Part shown: one piece after another, positions 58,398 through 64,000 of the stretch
Position numbering within the stretch: the stretch's first letter is position 1
Layout: each line of letters begins with the position of its first letter
Source of the DNA: an uncultured Kiloniellales bacterium
GTDB taxonomy: Bacteria; Pseudomonadota; Alphaproteobacteria; Kiloniellales; JAKSDN01
Assembly (NCBI GenBank): GCA_947258885.1
Contig: CAMYKD010000004.1
Location: forward strand, 1,447-65,446
Length of the DNA stretch: 64,000 bases
Reading direction: 5' to 3'
Made by a program: the position numbers and the translations under genes
Notes under the pieces: generated by a model
What the model was told of the DNA's origin: nothing
What the model saw: the letters and a program-made list of their open reading frames with translations, nothing else
Database searches by the model: none

Positions 58398-59597
58398 CTA
58401 GACGCCGCGCACCGCTTGCCCATCCCGGCGGACCAGCAGAAGGTAGGAGGCCAGGGCCCCCGCCGCGACGGCCGCGGTCGCACCGAACATGCCGCGCGCC
58501 GTGCCGTCGTGCAGGTGACCTACGGCGATGCCGACGCAGGCGGCCAGGCCCATTTGCACCACGCCCAGGAAGGCGGAGGCCGTGCCCGCCATAGTCGGGT
58601 AGGGGCCGATCGCACCGGCAATGGCGTTGGGCAGCATCAGGCCCGCGCCGATCAGGTACAGGAAGGTCGGGGCCACGACCGCGGCGACCCCGAGCACGCC
58701 GGACAGCGCCAGGCCCAGCGCCACGATGCCGCCGGCAAGCCCGACCAGGGTGCCGGTCAGGATTAGGCGGTCCAGGCCCACGGCCAGCGACAGGCGGCCC
58801 GAGGCGAAGGTGCCGATCATGTAGCCGACCACGACCGCGCCGAAGCACAGGCCGTAGCGGTCGGGAGACAGCCCGAGCACATCGATCAGCACGAAGGACG
58901 ACCCGGAGATGAAGGCGAAGATGCCGCCGTAGGCGAAGGCGCCGACCAGGACGTAGCCGAGGTAGGCCGGGTCCCTCGCCAGGGTCAGGTAGTTGCGCAG
59001 CATCTGTGCCCCGCGGGCCGCGGCGGCATCGCGCGACGGGTTGGTCTCCGGCAGCAGCAGGAAAACGGCCAGAAGGCAGCCTGCGCCGAAGCCGGCGAGC
59101 ACCAGGAAGTTGGCGCGCCAGCCGAACCAGACCTGAAGGTATCCGCCGAGAATCGGCCCCAGCGCGGGCGCGAGCGCCATCGCCATGCTCATGTAAGAGA
59201 GCGCCTTGGCCGCCCGCTCGCGGCCGTAGACGTCGCGCACCACGGCCCGGCCGAGAACGACCCCGGCGCAGGCGCCCAGGGCCTGGAGAAACCGCGCGGC
59301 AATCAGGAAGCCGATATCGGGCGCCGCCATGCAGGCGAGGCTGGCGCCGACGTAAAGCCCGAGGCCCGCGATCAAGACCGGGCGCCGGCCGTAACGGTCG
59401 GACAACGGCCCATAGACCACCTGGCTGGCGGCGAATCCCGCCAGGAAGACCGACAGGGTCAGCTGGACCTCGGCGGTGTCGCTCGCGAAGGCTCGGGCGA
59501 TCGCCGGCAGGGACGGCAGGTAGAGGTCGGTCGAGATGGCGCCGAAGGCGACCAGCGCGGTCAGCAGGAGGGCGACGGCCAGATTATCGGGACGCAC
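58398..59597 (-). CDS. Bcr/CflA-family MFS efflux transporter
   Basis: 'DLYLPSLP', 'GPLSDRYGRRPVL', 'ARFLQALG', 'GWRANF', 'LPET'; about 12 TM helices. Confidence 0.93.
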   Translation of the reverse strand: MRPDNLAVALLLTALVAFGAISTDLYLPSLPAIARAFASDTAEVQLTLSVFLAGFAASQVVYGPLSDRYGRRPVLIAGLGLYVGASLACMAAPDIGFLIAARFLQALGACAGVVLGRAVVRDVYGRERAAKALSYMSMAMALAPALGPILGGYLQVWFGWRANFLVLAGFGAGCLLAVFLLLPETNPSRDAAAARGAQMLRNYLTLARDPAYLGYVLVGAFAYGGIFAFISGSSFVLIDVLGLSPDRYGLCFGAVVVGYMIGTFASGRLSLAVGLDRLILTGTLVGLAGGIVALGLALSGVLGVAAVVAPTFLYLIGAGLMLPNAIAGAIGPYPTMAGTASAFLGVVQMGLAACVGIAVGHLHDGTARGMFGATAAVAAGALASYLLLVRRDGQAVRGV

Positions 59598-59687
59598 GAT
59601 GGACCCCTGCCGCTGTTGGAAAGTGGCCCTTTACGTCCGGCCGCGAAGACCGGTTATAGTCGGGCCGGAGAACGGCGCCAAGGAGCC

Positions 59688-59867
59688 ATACCAATGGTCG
59701 CTGATAATGACTCATTTCATGGGAGCGGATCGGGTCGCCCGGGTAGGCGCGGTGCGCAGCGCGATGCGTGCATCGGGCAAGCGCCGCAACGCCCCCGCGC
59801 AGCGCGCGCCTTGCTGGCGGCCAAAATCGCCTCGGTGAAATGCGTCATTATCAGCGACCATTGGTAT
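59688..59867. mobile_element. MITE-like element, 180 bp, with 32-bp terminal inverted repeats
   Basis: ATACCAATGGTCGCTGATAATGACTCATTTCA (59688-59719) is the reverse complement of 59836-59867 with one mismatch. No transposase; internal CGATGC-GT-GCATCG hairpin. Confidence 0.75.
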
Positions 59868-59872
59868 CAGCC

Positions 59873-60310
59873 ATGAAAAAGCGGTCCGGCGAGCCCTTCA
59901 TGCCCGCCCCCGACTACGGGCGTTCGTTGCGCGGATTCGGCGTCAACCTGTTGGTCAGCGATGTCGCCCGCGCCGTCGCCTTCCAGACCGAGGTCCTGGG
60001 GGTCGAGCTGGTCTATCAGGACCCGGATTTCGCCGTGCTCGCCCACGGCGGGGCCCAGTGGATGCTGCACGCCGACCATAGCTATAGCGGCCATCCGCTG
60101 CTGGCGCTGACCGGCGACGGCGCGATCCGCGGCGCGGGGGCGGAACTCAGGCTCTACGGCATCGACCCGGACGCCGCCGAGGCCCGGGCGCGGGCCCGGG
60201 GCGATCCGGTGCTGGCCGCCTCGGCGGACAAGCCGCACGGCCTGCGCGAATGCTTCCTGGCCGATCCGGACGGCTACGTCTGGGTGCCGGGCACCGGGAT
60301 CTCAGAATAG
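59873..60310 (+). CDS. VOC/glyoxalase-bleomycin resistance family protein
   Basis: 'VNLLVSDVARAVAF...VLG', 'ELRLYGIDPD', 'DKPHGLRECFLADPDGYVW'. Confidence 0.85.
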   Translation: MKKRSGEPFMPAPDYGRSLRGFGVNLLVSDVARAVAFQTEVLGVELVYQDPDFAVLAHGGAQWMLHADHSYSGHPLLALTGDGAIRGAGAELRLYGIDPDAAEARARARGDPVLAASADKPHGLRECFLADPDGYVWVPGTGISE

Positions 60311-60313
60311 TCT

Positions 60314-61021
60314 TCAGCCGTAGCGCAGCAGGGCACCGCCGTTCTCGCGGAGCCAGCGCCGGGACCCGGCGACCTCGGCGGTCAGGGTGGCGGCCAGGGC
60401 CCAGAATTGCGGCCCGTGGTTCAGGTGGACCAGATGCGCCACTTCATGCGCCACCACGTAGTCGAGCACCGCTTCCGGGGCCAGGATCAGGCGCCAGGAG
60501 AAGTTGAGCTCGCCGTCGCTCGAGCAGCTGCCCCAGCGGCTGCGGGTGTCGCGGATGCTGATCCGGGACACTTGGCGTCCGATGCCGGCCGCTTTGTCGC
60601 GGGCGCGCCCGGAAAGCTCGCGCCGCGCCTCGCCCTTGAGGAAGTCGGTGGCCCGCCGCGCCAGGTGCTCGGCGAAGCCGGAGACCCAGATCGTCCCGGC
60701 CTCCCGCCACACGCCGCGGCGCGCGTCCGGGGCGTGCCGGATCACATGGGCATCGCCGAGATAGGGGACCTGCGCCCCGGCGGTAAAGGTCACGCGGGGC
60801 GGCAAGGTTTCGAGCTGGGCCAGGATCCAGTCCGAACGGCTGCGGGCAAAATCCAGACCCTCGGCCAGCGCCACGCCGCGGGGCAGCGCCAGGTGCACCC
60901 CGCCGCTCGCCTGGTCGAGCCGCAGCGTCAGGTGCCGGGCACGCGGGCTACGGCGCACGGTCAGCGGCAGGTCCAAGCCCTCCAGCTTCAATATGTTGAG
61001 GTTCGAACGCTCCCTTACCAT
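60314..61021 (-). CDS. YgjP/DUF45 (SprT/M48-like) HExxH metallo-hydrolase
   Basis: 'VRRSPRAR.L.L', 'RWGSCS', 'FSWRL..AP..V.DYVVAHEVAHL..LNH...FW'. Confidence 0.88.
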   Translation of the reverse strand: MVRERSNLNILKLEGLDLPLTVRRSPRARHLTLRLDQASGGVHLALPRGVALAEGLDFARSRSDWILAQLETLPPRVTFTAGAQVPYLGDAHVIRHAPDARRGVWREAGTIWVSGFAEHLARRATDFLKGEARRELSGRARDKAAGIGRQVSRISIRDTRSRWGSCSSDGELNFSWRLILAPEAVLDYVVAHEVAHLVHLNHGPQFWALAATLTAEVAGSRRWLRENGGALLRYG

Positions 61022-61070
61022 GCATGTTGTATAGCTTGGGGGAGAAATCCGGACAAGACCGGAGCGTCAA

Positions 61071-61946
61071 CTACTTGTTGGCGCGGCCGGCCTCCGTGGC
61101 GATCAGGGTCTCCTTGCGCCGGACGCCCCAGCGGTAGCCGCCGAGCGCGCCGTCCTGGCGCAGCACCCGATGGCAGGGCACGATCAGCGGCACCGGGTTG
61201 GTGGCGCAGGCCCGAGCCACCGCGCGCTGTCCCCGGGGCAGGCCGAGCCGTTTCGCGATCTCGGAATAGCTGCGGGTCTCGCCGTAGGGGATCGCGATCA
61301 GCTCCTGCCAGACCCGGCGTTGGAATGCGGTTGCCCGGACGTCGAGCGGTAGGTCGAGGTGCGGCGTCTCGCCCGCCAGATAGGCGACCAGAAGCTCCAG
61401 CGCTGGGCCGATGGTCACGCTGTCGCGGACGACCGACCGGGCGGCCGGAAACTCGGCCTGGAGGGCCCGGACCAGCGGCTCCTCCCGCTCGCCCAGGCAC
61501 ACGAAGCATACGCCTTGCGCCGTGGCGGCGACCAGAAGCCGGCCGAGCGGGGCGGCGACGACGTCGTAGACGATCTCCGCCCCCTTGCCGCCCTTGGCGT
61601 AGGAGGCCGGCGTCATGCCGAGCTGCCGGCGGGCACCTTCGTAGACCCGGCTGGACGAGCCGTAGCCGGCCTCGTAGGTCGCGCCGGCGATGGACTCGCC
61701 GCGCTTCAGCCCGGCGCGGAAGCGCGCCGCCCGCCTGGCGTCGCCATAGTCGCGCGGGCTGACCCCGGTGGCCTTCTTGAACAGGCGCTGCAGGTGCCAG
61801 GGGCTGACCTCCAGGTGGCCGGCCAGCTCGGCCAGGGTCACCGGCTCGCCGTCCTGCCCGTCGATGTAGGCACAGGCCCGGCGGACCAGGTCCACGTGGT
61901 GTGCGGGGGCCGTGTTCCTGGCTGCCATGGCGCTCTCCGGGGTCAT
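61071..61946 (-). CDS. ada: Ada-like AraC-HTH / O6-methylguanine-DNA methyltransferase lacking the N-terminal Zn domain
   Basis: 'SPWHLQRLFK..TG.SP..Y', 'YEAGYGSSSR.Y', 'TAFQ..VW..L..IPYG', active site 'PCHRV'. GGAGG RBS before ATG 61946. Confidence 0.88.
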   Translation of the reverse strand: MTPESAMAARNTAPAHHVDLVRRACAYIDGQDGEPVTLAELAGHLEVSPWHLQRLFKKATGVSPRDYGDARRAARFRAGLKRGESIAGATYEAGYGSSSRVYEGARRQLGMTPASYAKGGKGAEIVYDVVAAPLGRLLVAATAQGVCFVCLGEREEPLVRALQAEFPAARSVVRDSVTIGPALELLVAYLAGETPHLDLPLDVRATAFQRRVWQELIAIPYGETRSYSEIAKRLGLPRGQRAVARACATNPVPLIVPCHRVLRQDGALGGYRWGVRRKETLIATEAGRANK

Positions 61947-62180
61947 CGTCGCGTTCCTCCATCTCATTGTGACCGGTATTCATGTAGCGGGGAAGGCGCG
62001 ATCCCTCTATCCGAAGCTTGCGCGCCGGACGTGAAAGGTCGAATTCGGTCGGGTCGGTATGGCTTGGGGTGACAGGGCCTGTCATAAGGGCTTAACATTC
62101 CCGCAACGAAGCGAGCGTGGTCGACCCCTATGGTGGGGGCCGGGGCAGGTAACGCCCGTTGCCAAAGAGGGAGGAGTCCA

Positions 62181-63500
62181 ATGACACAAAGAAGCAGTTT
62201 AGTCGCCGCCGCCGTGGCGCTGGCCATCGCGGGCGGAGCCGGCACGGCCTCCGCGCAGACCGAGATCCAGTGGTGGCACGCCATGGGCGGTGCGCTCGGT
62301 GAGCGCGTCGTAGAAATCGCCGACAATTTCAACCGGTCGCAATCCGAGTACAAGCTGGTGCCGGTGAACAAGGGCAATTACACGGAAACCGTGACCGCGG
62401 GCATCGCCGCGTTCCGGGCCGGCAAGCCGCCCCACATCCTGCAGGTCTTCGAGGTCGGTACAGCGACCATGATGGGGGCCAAGGGGGCGATCAAGCCGGT
62501 CTACGAATTGATGGCCGAGACCGGCGCGCCTTTCGATCCCAGCGACTACCTGGGAGCGGTGACCGGCTATTACACGACGACGGACGGCAAGATGCTGTCG
62601 ATGCCGTTCAATTCCTCGACGCCGGTGCTGTTCTACAACAAAGAGGCCTTCCAGAAGGCCGGGCTCGACCCCAACAAGCCGCCCAAGACCTGGCCCGAGG
62701 TGGGCGACTATGCGCGCAAGCTGGTCGCCGCGGGCTATCCGTGCGGTTTCAGCACGGCTTGGCAGTCCTGGGTCCATCTCGAGAACTTCAGCGCCTGGCA
62801 CAATGTGCCCGTCGGCACCAAGGAGAACGGCTTCGCGGGCCTGGACACCGAGTTCAAGTTCAACAGCCCCCTGCACGTCAAGCACATCCAGCAGATGGCC
62901 GACTGGCAGAAAGAGAAGATCTTCGTCTATGGCGGCCGCCGGAACCTGGGGAACGCCAAGTTCGCCAGCGGCGAGTGCGCCATGTACACCGAATCCTCGG
63001 CCGGCTATGGCGGGTTCAAGAAGAACGCCAAGTTCGAGTTCGGTACCGCCAATCTGCCCTATTGGCCCGACGTCCCGGGCGCGCCGCAAAACACCATCAT
63101 CGGCGGTGCCAGCCTCTGGGTCATGGGCGGTCACTCCAAGGAGGAGTACGAGGGCGTGGCCAAGTTCTTCTCGTTCCTGTCGCTGCCGATGGTGCAGGCC
63201 TACTGGCACCAGAACACGGGCTATGTGCCGATCACCTCGGCGGCTTTCGAGCTGACCAAGAAGCTCGGCTACTACGACGCCAACCCCGGACGCGATATTC
63301 CGATCCACCAGATGGGCGACAAGGCGCCGACGGCGAACTCGAAAGGGCTGCGGTTCGGAAGCTTCGTCCAGGTCCGCGAGATCATATACGAGGAGCTGGA
63401 GGCGATCTGGGCCGGTCAGAAGACAGCACAGCAAGGGCTCGACGACGCCGTCCAGCGCGGTAACGCCCTCCTGCGGAAGTTCGAGAAGGCCAGCAGGTAG
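62181..63500 (+). CDS. ugpB: sn-glycerol-3-phosphate ABC transporter substrate-binding protein
   Basis: Signal peptide, 'IQWWHAMGG', 'LQVFEVGTATM', 'MPFNSSTP', 'ENFSAWH', 'IIGGASLW', 'TGYVP'. GGAGGAG RBS. Confidence 0.94.
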   Translation: MTQRSSLVAAAVALAIAGGAGTASAQTEIQWWHAMGGALGERVVEIADNFNRSQSEYKLVPVNKGNYTETVTAGIAAFRAGKPPHILQVFEVGTATMMGAKGAIKPVYELMAETGAPFDPSDYLGAVTGYYTTTDGKMLSMPFNSSTPVLFYNKEAFQKAGLDPNKPPKTWPEVGDYARKLVAAGYPCGFSTAWQSWVHLENFSAWHNVPVGTKENGFAGLDTEFKFNSPLHVKHIQQMADWQKEKIFVYGGRRNLGNAKFASGECAMYTESSAGYGGFKKNAKFEFGTANLPYWPDVPGAPQNTIIGGASLWVMGGHSKEEYEGVAKFFSFLSLPMVQAYWHQNTGYVPITSAAFELTKKLGYYDANPGRDIPIHQMGDKAPTANSKGLRFGSFVQVREIIYEELEAIWAGQKTAQQGLDDAVQRGNALLRKFEKASR

Positions 63501-63520
63501 GACCCGTCCTTGTCCGGCTC

Positions 63521-63553
63521 GGGGAGTATCCGCCGTCCTGGCGGGTGCTCCCC
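63521..63553 (+). terminator. Intercistronic stem-loop after ugpB (mRNA stabiliser or partial terminator)
   Basis: GGGGAGTATCCGCC-gtcct-GGCGGGTGCTCCCC, a 14-bp stem with two G-U pairs and no U tail. Confidence 0.55.
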
Positions 63554-63588
63554 GCCCGGCGTGCTGGGTCTCCACCTGGTCCTGAGCG

Positions 63589-64000
63589 ATGGAAAAACGC
63601 GTCGTCTTCCGCAACCGAGTGCTGCCCTACATCCTGGTGGCGCCGCAGATCGCGGTCACACTGGTCTTCTTCATCTGGCCGGCGTCACAGGCGCTCTATC
63701 AGTCGGTTTTGATCGAGGACCCCTTCGGGCTCAGCAGCGAGTTCGTGTGGGGCGAGAATTTCGTCGAACTGTTCGGCGACCCTTGGTATCTGCAGTCGAT
63801 CCAGGTAACGGCCGTGTTCAGCGTCAGCGTGGCCCTGCTCGCGCTGACCACCGCGCTCTATCTCGCCGTCCAGGCCGACCGCGTGATCCGTGGAGCAATG
63901 GCCTACAAGACGCTGCTGGTCTGGCCCTATGCCGTGGCACCGGCGGTGGCCGGGGTGTTGTGGCTGTTCCTGTTCAATCCGACGCTGGGTATCGTCGCCT
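63589..64000 (+). CDS. ugpA: sn-glycerol-3-phosphate ABC transporter permease (partial, runs off the window)
   Basis: Read by eye: '[36 protein letters not shown]...EDPFG', '[11 protein letters not shown]'. Follows ugpB. Confidence 0.92.
   Translation, partial: MEKRVVFRNRVLPYILVAPQIAVTLVFFIWPASQALYQSVLIEDPFGLSSEFVWGENFVELFGDPWYLQSIQVTAVFSVSVALLALTTALYLAVQADRVIRGAMAYKTLLVWPYAVAPAVAGVLWLFLFNPTLGIVA

Overview
High-GC alphaproteobacterial chromosome segment; the gene order resembles Rhodospirillales/Kiloniellales (inferred from gene content, not tested). It is almost all core genome. From left to right: tauE-TIGR02186-usp-nifU; a Bax-like glucosaminidase, polysaccharide deacetylase and rutE; tsaB-rimI-mucR-fur-miaB-phoH-ybeY-corC-lnt-phrR/praR-metK-trmB; rimP-nusA-ylxR-infB-rbfA-truB-rpsO-pnp; ugpQ; fabA-fabB-fabI divergent from irr; rubrerythrin, Fe-S oxidoreductase and DUF3501; an ArsR/SmtB-CDF metal module; a degenerate histidine kinase; ubiE-ubiB and coaBC-dut-rrf2-cysK-moeB-plsB-like; mutM; rpsT-dnaA-dnaN-recF-gyrB; PBP1A; a Bcr/CflA pump; a VOC protein; a YgjP-like protein; ada-like; ugpB-ugpA (partial). 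I saw no rRNA, tRNA, CRISPR array, transposase, prophage or defence system. The most interesting observations are: (1) an Rrf2 regulator lacking the Fe-S Cys motif, directly upstream of cysK and ending in DFSI, a known CysK active-site docking peptide, suggesting a CymR-like CysK-regulator cysteine sensor in an alphaproteobacterium; (2) an Irr box (ICE) between irr and the rubrerythrin-RFO-DUF3501 cluster; (3) a PleC/DivJ-like kinase with a degenerate ATP-binding domain; (4) a 180-bp MITE-like element with 32-bp terminal inverted repeats between a Shine-Dalgarno sequence and its start codon; (5) a 35-bp tandem duplication that frameshifts the RecF C-terminus; (6) a perfect CtrA box upstream of dnaA and a GANTC cluster upstream of dnaN; (7) an Ada protein lacking its Zn-sensor domain. 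All calls come from motif reading only; no searches were run. Start codons were adjusted by eye from the ORF track.
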